NCBI GenBank assembly: GCA_002311665.1
Contig: DBYX01000008.1
Location: 27,268 to 91,267, forward strand
Length of the DNA stretch: 64,000 bases
Direction of reading: 5' to 3'
DNA from: Lachnoclostridium sp. UBA1175
GTDB taxonomy: Bacteria > Bacillota > Clostridia > Lachnospirales > Lachnospiraceae
Shown here: positions 48,022 to 58,400 of the stretch, piece by piece
Numbering within the stretch: the stretch's first letter is position 1
Layout: each line of letters opens with the position of its first letter
The notes under the pieces: generated by a model
Database searches by the model: none
What the model was told of the DNA's origin: nothing
What the model saw: the letters and a program-made list of their open reading frames with translations, nothing else
Made by a program: the position numbers and the translations under genes

Positions 48022-48228
48022 AGCATTTTCCTCCCTTTCCCGGGCCATCTCTCCCGTCCTCTGCCCCAAGGATACTCTCGAATGTGTACAATAAAAACGC
48101 CGCAAATAAAGGCGCGCCCCGGCGATCGGCCCGGAAACCCGGAGCTCATCACCGAAAGACGCGCCTTGACGGCCCTCGGCCGCCGGCTATAGCAGCCGCG
48201 GCAGCCTCAGAATGTGTTGTGGGTCAAA

Positions 48229-51200
48229 TTATTTCTTGAATTTGATATCCATAATGGTCGAGAATGTCGTCTTGCCTCCTCTGCCATAGAAGAATTCTTC
48301 GTAGCAGATGTACATTTTCCGACCCCAGGTCGATACCTCAAGGAAGTGCTTGTCAGGGCAAGCCGGGTTCTCATACACACCCGTTACAACCCAGTAATGC
48401 TCGTCTGCCCATCCGCCTTGCGTGAGAGTATTCCCGTTCTGATAGTAGAAGCGCAATCTTGCTCCATCTTCTCGATACAGCGCCATTATGACAGGAATGT
48501 CCTGTTTCAGAATACTCTTGATCTTATTGTAGCAAGCATACATATCGAGTGTGCTAGCTACTGCATCCTCAACATCCCACCATATAGCATTGCAACCTCT
48601 GCTACTCAGCTTATTCTGAAGGAATTTGCATATGCTCACGATACCATCGCCGTGCGACCAGTTCCTTTCAATCCAATCTTGCGTACTTCCGGTCATTCGG
48701 AGATACTCTTTGAGCAATTCCTGTACGGAATCTACCGTGAAAATATGGTTGTTACCGCTCAAGTAGAGGTATGTATTGACCGCTGCATAGATTCCGCAGG
48801 AGCCTTCTATGAATTTTTGATATTCAGCTCCATAGTATTCCTTGATCAATCGTGATGTCGCTCCATCGTCCCCGAACAAATTGTCAATAGCTGCAAACAA
48901 CTCAGTAAAAGTGACTTTTTCAATATTGTTGACGACGATTTCTCCGAGCTGATAGGTGTCCGGGTATTTTTCTGTCAGAAAACTCATCAATTGATTGTAT
49001 TTGAGTGGCATGAGGTGATGGAACAGATAATCCTTTAATCCGTTATTTGCACGGAGCTCATCTCTGACAGTATCTTCCATAAACGGATATCGGGTTATAA
49101 ACATCTCCCACGCCAGATCTGCACTATGATACTCAGCATAATGATAGTTTGCCTTATCGCCAAAGAAACCCTGATTGAAGCCATAATCGTTGGAATCACC
49201 CGGTGTTTCGGATGCGATGAAAGATTCGTCTTTCAATCCGGTCACCTGCGTATAACCTGTAAAATCATGGGTTCTTTTTTTATCATCATCCCTGCGTGTT
49301 GTGCCATAAAACTCAATGTTTTTCAGGACGATATAGGCTTCCCCGTCATTCCAGGTAAGGCTCCCTGTTACCGAATCTGCATGCCAGACTATCCTATCTT
49401 TACCGGGAATGCAGTATTTTCCTTCCGGCATATTAATCTCCGTGTCGTACGCATAATACTTTTCCTCGGTATAATACTTCACTTCATTTTTCGTGGTCGT
49501 ATCAGGATCCGGGAAGTGGAACACAATCTTGCAATCCGCCATCTTTTCCCAAATTGCGTACAATGTAACATTTCCGGTTAGAGTAATTTCCCTGCCGGGG
49601 CCATACTTCACCGTGGTACTGTTTTTTGAAGTAGTCCAGCCTTTGAAACGATATCCGACCTTTCTGGGGCTTTCTGTATTGATCTGAACCGTTGTACCGT
49701 GCTTATAGGTTTTCTCCTCGAACTTCTTCGAATCGGTGACCTTTCCGCCGTTCAATACATACTTTACTTTGTACTTTTTGGGCACCCATACGGCATACAA
49801 TAAGATATCCTCATCCCACTCGTACGACCCGCCAATACTCCAAGTCGCTACTGTAGCATCGGATTTACGAGACCATCCGATGAAGTCATATCCCGTTTTC
49901 TGGAGTTCCATATCTGACAATGTCAGAGGCACGCCGGGCTGCTTGTACTGCGTTGCAGGCGCTTCGGAGCCACCGTTTGCATTGTATTCAACGCGATATC
50001 CATACTGCTCCCAGATTGCATAAAGATTAAGCTTAGCATTCTTTGTATAGGTATCCCCGGGCTGATAGTTCACATCGGTTTTGTTCGTGCTCCAACCCTT
50101 AAAGATATATCCCTCACGTGTCGGTTTCTTAGAGGACAGTTTGATGCTGACACCGGCAGTTTTAGTCTGATTCGCCGGTATGCTTGCAGAGTTCCCGCCA
50201 TTTGCGTTGTAGGAAATGAGATACAGATTTCTCGTCTTCTCCACCGCATCGCAGTAAGAGCACATATAACTTTCGACACCGACAGCATTTTTCGTAGGCT
50301 GCGTTGTAACAACCCAACGATAGGTGTGAGCGGTCGGCGGAATGTTGGCTTCCTTCTTGGTCGCCTTGCAACCGTCGTTGCTGCATCGGTAGTACGTATA
50401 ACCCCACGCAATGCAGTTTCCGGGCTCTGTATGATCCTCCACCCAGTTGTGTTTGCCCGTTGCCGGTATATCACGTCCGTTCGTGGAATGCTGCTCGCAT
50501 GCGCATTTGTACTCTTCCTTACCTCCGTAGTAGCAGGTAGGTTCTTGCACAACTACCCAGTGGGTTCCGACATGGCCGGTCGCCTTCTGGTCAATCTTAC
50601 CGCATCGTGTACACTTCTTGTCCTCCGTGCAGGTCGCTGCGTTTCGGTTCCAGTTATGCCCGAGAGCTCCCTGAATTACGTAACCGCAGGAAGTGCACCG
50701 GCGATCCTGTGTACAGGTCGCTGTCGGTATGTCGAAGTGATGACCGTAGCAAGGAATCGTTTCTGTCTGGCCCACATAGCCGCAGGTAGCGCATCGATTC
50801 ACCTTCTGTCCGTTGGTCGTGCAGGTCGCCGGTGTGGTGCATACCCACTGCATCGCGTGCCCCTTTGCAGGCTCGGCAACCACACCGCATCTGGTGCAGG
50901 ATTTGGACGCCGTGCAGGTCGCGGAACTTCTGTTCCAGCTGTGCCCGAGAGCTCCCTGGATCACGTATCCGCAATATATGCATTTCCGCGCGGCTGTACA
51001 GGTCGGCGAAGATCTGTCGTAAGTGTGCGGCGTCCTCGGGATCGTCTGTGAGTTGATGCAGGAACCGCAAGCACACTCATAGTTTCTGTACCCCTCGGAA
51101 GTGCAGCTTGCCGCCTTCTTGACGACCCACCGGTACGAGTGCGTGTGCGCCTTCGCCTCCGCAGGCTTGACGGCGTACAGGACACCGCCGGCCAGGAGCG

Positions 51201-51255
51201 CGATCAGCGCCAGAGCAATGACAATGTTGCGACTGAAAAACTTTTGTTTTTTCAC
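48229..51255 (-). CDS. Large membrane-anchored extracellular protein: about 10 Cys-rich modules, Flg_new repeats, C-terminal papain-like (putative cysteine peptidase) domain
   Basis: Start trimmed to GTG 51255 (VKKQKFFSRNIVIALALIALLAGGVLYAV; RBS AAGGGGGT). Cys-rich modules GH.W......ATCT....C..CG. Flg_new repeats YIFKGWSTN, YDFIGWSRK, YRFKGWTTS. C-terminus GSCGIYAAVN ... DEHYWVVTG. Confidence 0.7.
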   Translation of the reverse strand: MKKQKFFSRNIVIALALIALLAGGVLYAVKPAEAKAHTHSYRWVVKKAASCTSEGYRNYECACGSCINSQTIPRTPHTYDRSSPTCTAARKCIYCGYVIQGALGHSWNRSSATCTASKSCTRCGVVAEPAKGHAMQWVCTTPATCTTNGQKVNRCATCGYVGQTETIPCYGHHFDIPTATCTQDRRCTSCGYVIQGALGHNWNRNAATCTEDKKCTRCGKIDQKATGHVGTHWVVVQEPTCYYGGKEEYKCACEQHSTNGRDIPATGKHNWVEDHTEPGNCIAWGYTYYRCSNDGCKATKKEANIPPTAHTYRWVVTTQPTKNAVGVESYMCSYCDAVEKTRNLYLISYNANGGNSASIPANQTKTAGVSIKLSSKKPTREGYIFKGWSTNKTDVNYQPGDTYTKNAKLNLYAIWEQYGYRVEYNANGGSEAPATQYKQPGVPLTLSDMELQKTGYDFIGWSRKSDATVATWSIGGSYEWDEDILLYAVWVPKKYKVKYVLNGGKVTDSKKFEEKTYKHGTTVQINTESPRKVGYRFKGWTTSKNSTTVKYGPGREITLTGNVTLYAIWEKMADCKIVFHFPDPDTTTKNEVKYYTEEKYYAYDTEINMPEGKYCIPGKDRIVWHADSVTGSLTWNDGEAYIVLKNIEFYGTTRRDDDKKRTHDFTGYTQVTGLKDESFIASETPGDSNDYGFNQGFFGDKANYHYAEYHSADLAWEMFITRYPFMEDTVRDELRANNGLKDYLFHHLMPLKYNQLMSFLTEKYPDTYQLGEIVVNNIEKVTFTELFAAIDNLFGDDGATSRLIKEYYGAEYQKFIEGSCGIYAAVNTYLYLSGNNHIFTVDSVQELLKEYLRMTGSTQDWIERNWSHGDGIVSICKFLQNKLSSRGCNAIWWDVEDAVASTLDMYACYNKIKSILKQDIPVIMALYREDGARLRFYYQNGNTLTQGGWADEHYWVVTGVYENPACPDKHFLEVSTWGRKMYICYEEFFYGRGGKTTFSTIMDIKFKK

Positions 51256-51431
51256 TTTAATATAACCCCCTTTTTGATTGTTTGACGACTGCGTGGTTCT
51301 GAACTCCCCAAACCTCCTTTCCTCCGTATTCACGCCCGTCGTCGGTGTTTGTTGTTGGGTAAAACCCATTTACATTATATGTTCCGCCAAACGAGTTGTA
51401 AAGATTATTTACTATGCATTGCATTTTCATA

Positions 51432-51452
51432 CGCGGAAAATGGCATTTTCCG
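51432..51452. repeat. Perfect 10+10 inverted repeat (operator- or terminator-like)
   Basis: GCGGAAAATG-G-CATTTTCCGC followed by ATCATTTTTT, in the divergent intergenic region. Confidence 0.7.
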
Positions 51453-51737
51453 CATCATTTTTTAGCACTTTACCACGCTACAATGACAGAATATCCGTCA
51501 GAAATGAATTTTTACAAAATCTTTTGGAAGGGGTGGAATAGTGCCTTTTTTATGTATATTTTCTCCGGCACTGCCGGGTCCTCCGTTCGACAGCAAATCT
51601 CGTTATATGAGAAAAGCAGCCCCACGGCCGCTGCCTTTATTTTCCGATTCGTCCATCTCGATTCGACCAATTCGCTCTTGCTTTCTCATGTGGCGTATAG
51701 TATCATATAACAAGGTATTTTAATTACCGTTTCTCGG

Positions 51738-51835
51738 GGAAGCACTGACGGGGCAAATCTGCGAAAACGCAGAGACGCAAAGCTTGAAGTCTAACGCGGT
51801 GATGGGATGGACGAGAACCTTATCGGCGCTATGAT
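51738..51835 (+). promoter_or_regulatory. c-di-GMP-I (GEMM-I)-like riboswitch aptamer
   Basis: GCACTGACGGGGCAAATCTGCGAAAACGCAGAGACGCAAAGCTTGAAGTCTAAC contains the diagnostic GGCAAA, GAAA-type capped hairpin, GACGCAAAGC and CTAA receptor arrangement. It lies in the 5' leader of 51936..55376. Confidence 0.65.
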
Positions 51836-51840
51836 CGTTC

Positions 51841-51875
51841 GGCTGCAATAATTTCGGATTATTGCGGCCTTTTTT
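51841..51875 (+). terminator. Intrinsic terminator (expression platform of the riboswitch)
   Basis: GGCTGCAATAAT (51841-51852) / ATTATTGCGGCC (58-69), loop TTCGG, then TTTTTT, about 60 nt before the ATG. Confidence 0.7.
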
Positions 51876-51935
51876 GTTGGTCTTCGCCCGTGAGAAGGTA
51901 ATCATTTGCCGAATAAAACAAAGGAGAATGGTGGC

Positions 51936-54900
51936 ATGAAGAGGTTTATCAGCATTCGCAACGTAGTACGGCTGTTGTGTGCTCTGACTCTGGCGGTCCT
52001 TCTGATCAGCCCGAAGACGGCGCACGCGGGCTCCGCAACGATCAATCAGGGGGAGACCAAGCCGTACACCGCCAATTCCGGCGGTGAAACCATCAATGTA
52101 ACCCTGAACAACGCATACACGAGCGTGCAGTTGCAGGGAAAGGAGATGTGGATCGATTGCGAAAAGGCGGGTTCCAAGTTCACCCTGACGGTGAAGAAGA
52201 ACGCAACCGGAAACGCGCGCAAGTGCGACGTTGTGTTCCGCGACGGGTCCAAATTGTGGACTCTGCGCATCACGCAGAACCCTGTAGTAGTGTATGTGAG
52301 TTTCAATGTCAACGGCGGAAGCGGCAGCATAGGAAGCAAAACATACACGGTTTCGAAAACCTACGGCAGTCTCCCGGCAGGACCGACCCCGCCCAAGGGA
52401 CACTCATTTGACGGATGGTACACCGCGAAATCAGGCGGTTCGAAGATCACTGCATCCTCGACTGTATCCGCGTCCTACACGACGCTGTACGCGCACTACA
52501 GTGCCAAGAAATATACTGTAACCTTCAACAGCAACGGCGGTTCCTCCGTCTCGTCGCAGAAGGTAACGTATGGCAACACGTACGGCTCGCTCCCGACGCC
52601 CAAGAGAACGAACTACATTTTCGTCGGCTGGTACACGGCGAAGAGCGGCGGTACCAAGATCACATCCTCTTCAAAGCACACGACCGCGTCGGACATCACG
52701 CTGTACGCGCACTGGGATAACTCCATCCTTGTCAAATTCGACAACAACGGCGGCTACGGCAACGTTCCGAGCGAGACCTACTATCTCGGCAAGACATACG
52801 GGCACCTTCCTGCCGGGTCCACCCCGCCCTCGGGAAGTTACAAATTCGAAGGATGGTACACGGCAAGCAGCGGTGGAACCAAGATCACTGTGGACACCTC
52901 TGTTTCGGCTTCGTACACCACCCTGTACGCGCACTATGTAGCGAAAGAACTGACCGTTACGTTCGACAGCAATGGTGGTTCGGCCGCTTCCTCCAAAAAA
53001 GTTACCTGTCAAGGCACCTACGGCTCGCTTCCGACGACCTCGTGGAAGGGCCACACCTTCCTCGGCTGGTACACGGCCAGTTCCGGCGGGACCAAAGTGA
53101 CTTCAAGCACAACAGTAACCAACACGGTGGATCACAAACTATATGCGCATTGGAGGGCCGACACCTACAAAGTATCCTTCAACACCGACGGCGGATCGTC
53201 CGTCTCGGCGATTACGGTTACCTACGGTCAAAAATACGGTACTCTGCCGACGACCAAGAAGGATGGTTACACGTTCCTGGGCTGGTACACGGCGAAGTCC
53301 GGCGGCTCCAAGGTGACTGCATCCACCGTTGTGACCAAGACCGCCGACCACACGCTCTACGCGCGCTGGCAGGGCAATCCGATCACAGTCCAGTTCAACA
53401 ACAACGGCGGCTACGGCAATGTTCCGAGTCAGACCTACACTATCGGTGATCAATACGGTTCGCTTCCTGCAGGCTCCACGCCTCCCAACGGTGGATACAA
53501 GTTCGACGGATGGTACACGGCGAGTATCGGCGGCATCAAGATCACTGTAGACACGATCGTGTCCAAGTCTTACACGACGCTGTATGCCCAATATACAGCT
53601 CGCGAATTTACCGTAACCTTCGATAGCTGCGGCGGCTCCAAAACCACGTCGAAGAAGGTCACCTACGACAGCGAGTACGGCTCCCTCCAGGTGACGCATA
53701 AAGACGGTTACACCTTCAAAGGCTGGTTCACGGCCAAGACCGGCGGCACCGAGATCACGCAGCACTCGGATGTCAAGACAGCAGCCAACCACACGCTTTA
53801 TGCGCAGTGGACTCCTAAAAAATACATTGTCAAATTTGACAGCTGCGGCGGTTCTGCCGTAACTGCCAAGGAAGTGACTTTCGACAAAACATACGGCAAG
53901 CTCGATTCGACTTCGCGCACCGGCTACACCTTCAAGGGCTGGTTCACAGCCAAGACCGGTGGCTCCAAGGTAACCGCTTCCACGAAAGTCACGACCGCGT
54001 CCGACCACACCCTTTACGCGCACTGGGAGGGCATCTCCTACAAGCTTTCCTTCGACACTAAGGGCGGTAATACCCTCAACCCGATTGATGTGAAATACGG
54101 CGACCCCTACGGATCGCTGCCGACGCCCAAGAAAGCGCACTACACATTCCAGGGTTGGTTCACGAGTTCCGGTCTTCAGGTACTGCCCTCCACGATTGTG
54201 GCAACGGCCAATGACCACACCCTGATCGCGCATTGGCGGAAAATAGAAGCCGTCATCACTTTCGATGTCAACGGCGGTACCGGATCAATTCCCAATAAGG
54301 TTATAAAAACCGACTCCCAATTGGGGATTCTGATCGCTCCGAAACGAACCAACTATACCTTCGTCGGCTGGTACACGGCCAAAACCGGCGGCGAGCAGGT
54401 CTATTCCATTACAAGAATTTCGGACACCAAAGACCGAACCTTCTACGCACACTGGGTGAAGAACAGCGATTTCGTGTTTGAAGACCTTGTGGATCTCGAC
54501 GGTGTCAAAAAGGATGCTTATAAGAAAGGCTGGAAGGCACATAACATATACTGTAACCCGGATCTTACACCTGCCGAGAAAAGCAACGGTTTCACGGAGT
54601 TTGTGATTGAATTCCGCACCGACAGGAAGACCACCGGAACATATTGGGCTCTGTGCCAATGCAAAATGGATACCTCCAACCTCACCAAAAGAGGTTACCG
54701 GGTATACAGCGACTCAGCCACACTTTATGCCGGTCTGCAATTCACAGAGGACAATCCCATGGTTGATCTTGCGCTGTGGAGAACCGCATACGAAGCAAAA
54801 TACAGCAACTACAATGTGATAAATGCAGCGACCAAGACGGTATACCCCGGTGACGATATGGGAAGTTATGACAACGAGGGCTCCGGAAGAAATTATCTGA

Positions 54901-55376
54901 GAAAGTTCACTTGGAAACCGAACACCTGGTACCGCCTGTACCTTCGGAGTTTCCGAGGGGACAACGGAAACACTTTCGTAGAGCTTCAGATTCAGGAAGT
55001 CGGAACTTCGACATGGAAGAAAATCGTTGTCATCGACACGAACCTCCAAGATTCCTGCTTTGTAGGAAACATGTCTCAATTCATGGAGAATTTCAGTGAC
55101 AAAAAGTGTAACGAACTCCGTACTTTCGCTTACCGAAACATTTGGGTAAAGCCGAAAGGAGGCAACTGGAAGTTCATCGATTCCGTAACTTTGAGCTCCG
55201 ACAGTACATACGAGAAGTTGAAGGGCCGCGTAGGTCTCGGCCGAAACAACACAACAGTATTCGGCATTACCAGCGGCTACGGAGCAAAGGATTACTCCAC
55301 ATACGCAGGCCTGTCACTCAAGTGCAACGGTCTGCAGAAGACGACCTCCGAACCAATCATACCGAAGACCCATTAA
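51936..55376 (+). CDS. Secreted giant protein: signal peptide, BACON-like domain, about 10 Flg_new repeats, C-terminal DUF3472-like domain (paralogue A)
   Basis: Start trimmed to MKRFISIRNVVRLLCALTLAVLLISPKTAHA (RBS AAAGGAGAA). Repeats ...F.GWYTAKSGG.K.T......LYAHW. C-terminus TGTYWALCQCKM...LYAGLQF. Confidence 0.85.
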   Translation: MKRFISIRNVVRLLCALTLAVLLISPKTAHAGSATINQGETKPYTANSGGETINVTLNNAYTSVQLQGKEMWIDCEKAGSKFTLTVKKNATGNARKCDVVFRDGSKLWTLRITQNPVVVYVSFNVNGGSGSIGSKTYTVSKTYGSLPAGPTPPKGHSFDGWYTAKSGGSKITASSTVSASYTTLYAHYSAKKYTVTFNSNGGSSVSSQKVTYGNTYGSLPTPKRTNYIFVGWYTAKSGGTKITSSSKHTTASDITLYAHWDNSILVKFDNNGGYGNVPSETYYLGKTYGHLPAGSTPPSGSYKFEGWYTASSGGTKITVDTSVSASYTTLYAHYVAKELTVTFDSNGGSAASSKKVTCQGTYGSLPTTSWKGHTFLGWYTASSGGTKVTSSTTVTNTVDHKLYAHWRADTYKVSFNTDGGSSVSAITVTYGQKYGTLPTTKKDGYTFLGWYTAKSGGSKVTASTVVTKTADHTLYARWQGNPITVQFNNNGGYGNVPSQTYTIGDQYGSLPAGSTPPNGGYKFDGWYTASIGGIKITVDTIVSKSYTTLYAQYTAREFTVTFDSCGGSKTTSKKVTYDSEYGSLQVTHKDGYTFKGWFTAKTGGTEITQHSDVKTAANHTLYAQWTPKKYIVKFDSCGGSAVTAKEVTFDKTYGKLDSTSRTGYTFKGWFTAKTGGSKVTASTKVTTASDHTLYAHWEGISYKLSFDTKGGNTLNPIDVKYGDPYGSLPTPKKAHYTFQGWFTSSGLQVLPSTIVATANDHTLIAHWRKIEAVITFDVNGGTGSIPNKVIKTDSQLGILIAPKRTNYTFVGWYTAKTGGEQVYSITRISDTKDRTFYAHWVKNSDFVFEDLVDLDGVKKDAYKKGWKAHNIYCNPDLTPAEKSNGFTEFVIEFRTDRKTTGTYWALCQCKMDTSNLTKRGYRVYSDSATLYAGLQFTEDNPMVDLALWRTAYEAKYSNYNVINAATKTVYPGDDMGSYDNEGSGRNYLRKFTWKPNTWYRLYLRSFRGDNGNTFVELQIQEVGTSTWKKIVVIDTNLQDSCFVGNMSQFMENFSDKKCNELRTFAYRNIWVKPKGGNWKFIDSVTLSSDSTYEKLKGRVGLGRNNTTVFGITSGYGAKDYSTYAGLSLKCNGLQKTTSEPIIPKTH

Positions 55377-55420
55377 TTTAAGTATAAATGTACAGAAAAA
55401 GAACAAAGGAGAATGGTGGC

Positions 55421-58400
55421 ATGAAGAGGTTTATCAACATTCGCAATGCAGTACGTTTGCTGTGCGCCATGACCCTGGCGATCCTTCTGATCAGCCCGAA
55501 GACGGCGCACGCGGGCTCCGCAACGATCAATCAGGGGGAGACCAAGCCGTATACCGCAACTTCTGCCGGTGAGAACATCACGGTGACCCTGAACAACGCA
55601 TACACCAGTGTGCAATTGAGGGGCAAACCGTCGTGGATCACATACAAGAAAGACGGCTCCAAATTTATCCTGACGTTGTCCAAAAATGCAAGCGGGGAGA
55701 AGCGTACAGGCGATGTCGCATTCGTCGACGGCTCCAAAGTATGGACCCTGCGCGTTACGCAGAACCCTGTAGTTGTGTATGTGAGCTTCAACGTTAACGG
55801 CGGAAGCGGAAACATTTCAAGCAAAACATACACGGTTTCGAAAACCTATGGCAGCATTCCGGCGGGACCTACCCCGCCCAAGGGACACTCATTTGACGGA
55901 TGGTACACCGCAAAATCAGGCGGTTCGAAGATTACTGCCTCCTCGACCGTGTCCGAGTCTGTCACGACGCTGTACGCACACTATAGTGCAAAGAAATACA
56001 ATGTATCCTTCAACAGCAACGGCGGTTCCTCCTGCTCGTCGCAGAAGGTAACATACAACAGCACGTACGGTACGCTCCCGACGCCCGGCAGAACAGGCTA
56101 CAAGTTCGTCGGCTGGTATACCGCGTCAAGCGGCGGTACCAAGATCACATCCTCATCAAAGCACACGTCCGCATCGGACATCACGCTGTACGCACATTGG
56201 GAGGCTTCGCCTATCGTCGTCACGTTCTACAGCAACAACGGCACCGACGATGCTACGAGCCGTACCTACTATTACGGCCAGAAGTTCGGCAGCCTTCCGG
56301 CAAGTCCTGCTTTGCCTTCAGCAGGCTACAAGTTCGTCGGTTGGTTCACCGCCAAGTCCGGCGGTACCCAGATTACCGCGGACACTACAGTCACGACCTC
56401 TTACACATCGCTGTACGCACAGTTCAAGGCGAAAGAGCTGATTGTTTCGTTCGACAGCTGCAACGGCTCGGCCGCCTCCTCCAAAAATGTGATCTTCGAC
56501 AGCGCATACGGTTCCCTTCCGACGACTGAGAGGAACGGTTATAAGTTCGTCGGCTGGTACACGGCCAAGTCCGGCGGCACCAAGATCACCGCGTCCACGA
56601 TCGTATCGATCACCAATGATCACACGCTCTACGCGCACTGGAAAGCCAACACTTACAAGGTGACCTTTGATTCTGACAATGGCTCTGCAGTTTCGGCGAT
56701 AACTGTAACCTTCGGCGGAAAATACGGTGACCTCGAAACCCCTACGAAGGATGGTTACACCTTCAAAGGCTGGTACACGTCTAAAACCGGCGGCAGTCAG
56801 GTGACCCCTCAGACGGTCGTCAAGATAGCTGCCGACCACACTCTTTACGCTCGCTGGCAGGGTGATCCGATCACCGTCAAATTCAGCAATAACGGCGGCT
56901 ACGGCACAGTTCCGGATCAGACCTACATCATCGGCGACCCCTACGGGCATCTTCCCGCAGGCACCACGGCTTCCGATGGCGGTTACAAGTTCGGCGGATG
57001 GTACACGGCCAAGGTGGGCGGTGTCAGGATCTTCAAGGACACGATCGTTTCCAAGATGTATAAGACACTGTACGCCCACTACATCGCGCGCACATTTACC
57101 GTAACCTTCGACAGCTGCGGCGGCTCCGAAACCACCACGAAGAAGGTAACCTATGACAGCGCGTATGGCACGCTTCAGCAGACCACCCGAGAAGGCTACG
57201 CCTTCCGAGGCTGGTACACCGAGCCGGACGGCGGCACACGAGTGACTGCACAGTCGATCGTCACAACCGCAGCCGACCACACGCTCTACGCGCGCTGGGA
57301 AGCACGACATTTCAGAGTCACATTTGACACCAACGACGGATCCGACGTTGCCACCAAAATCGTGACCTACGACAGCGCCTACGGCAAGCTCGAAATGCCC
57401 AAACGTCTTGGTTACACCTTCACCGGCTGGTACACTGACCCCGACAAAGGCACTCGAGTAACCGCGGCCACAATCGTCAAAACCGCAGCGGACCACACCC
57501 TGTACGCACGCTGGAGGGCTAACACCTACACCGTTACCTTCGACTCCAGAGGCGGTACTCCCATCGATCCGATCCAGGTGTCATACGGCGGCACATACGG
57601 AGCACTTCCGACCCCCAAGAACGATCATTACACATTCGTCGGCTGGTTTACGTCTTCCGGCCTTCAGGTGCTGCCCTCCACAGTGGTGACAACAACCAAC
57701 GATCATACACTGGTCGCGCACTGGCGAAGATTGGAAGCTTACATCACCTTCGATGTTAACGGAGGAACCGGGGTGATTCCGAGCAGGTGGTTAAAACCCG
57801 ACTCCCGTTTAGACATTCTCATTGCTCCGAAGCGAACCAACTATACCTTTATCGGATGGTACACGGAAAAAACAGGTGGTGAGCAAGTCTATTCCACCAC
57901 AAGAATTCATGATATCAAAAACCACACTTTCTATGCACACTGGGTAAGAAACAGTGATTTTGTGTTCAAGGATCTGCTTCCTGTCGAGATTGATGAAAAA
58001 ACACCATTAGCGTCTGCGATGTCTCACAATTTACGTATCACGTCGGACCTTTCACAGACAGAAAAGTACTCTGAATTTGTGGTCGACTTCTACACTAACA
58101 GCAGACCGATCGGAACATATTGGTGTTTAATACAATGCAATATGTCTACCTCTGATCTTGTCAGACAAGGCTTCAAGCCATCGGGAGGAAGACTCTACGC
58201 CGGCCTGCAGTATACACCTGAAGGTGCAAAGAGCGATCTTGCTATGTGGAGAGTAAGAATCAACAACGGAAACACTTCTATTTACGCAGAAACCAAGACC
58301 GTATATCCCGGCGATGATATGCAGCATTACAACAACGAAGAACTGGGTATGAAATACCAGCGGAAGTTCGAATGGAATGCAAACACCTGGTATCGTATGT

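Noticed and set aside
44605-48192. + strand ORFs 44605..45396, 46152..46910 and 46846..48192
   Set aside because: These are shadows of the WYL, J-domain and Sel1 genes.
53139-57496. Minus-strand ORFs 53139..54233 and 56318..57496, plus the paired small ORFs 52046..52348 and 55531..55833
   Set aside because: These are shadows of the Flg_new repeat genes. They resemble each other only because the sense genes are paralogous.
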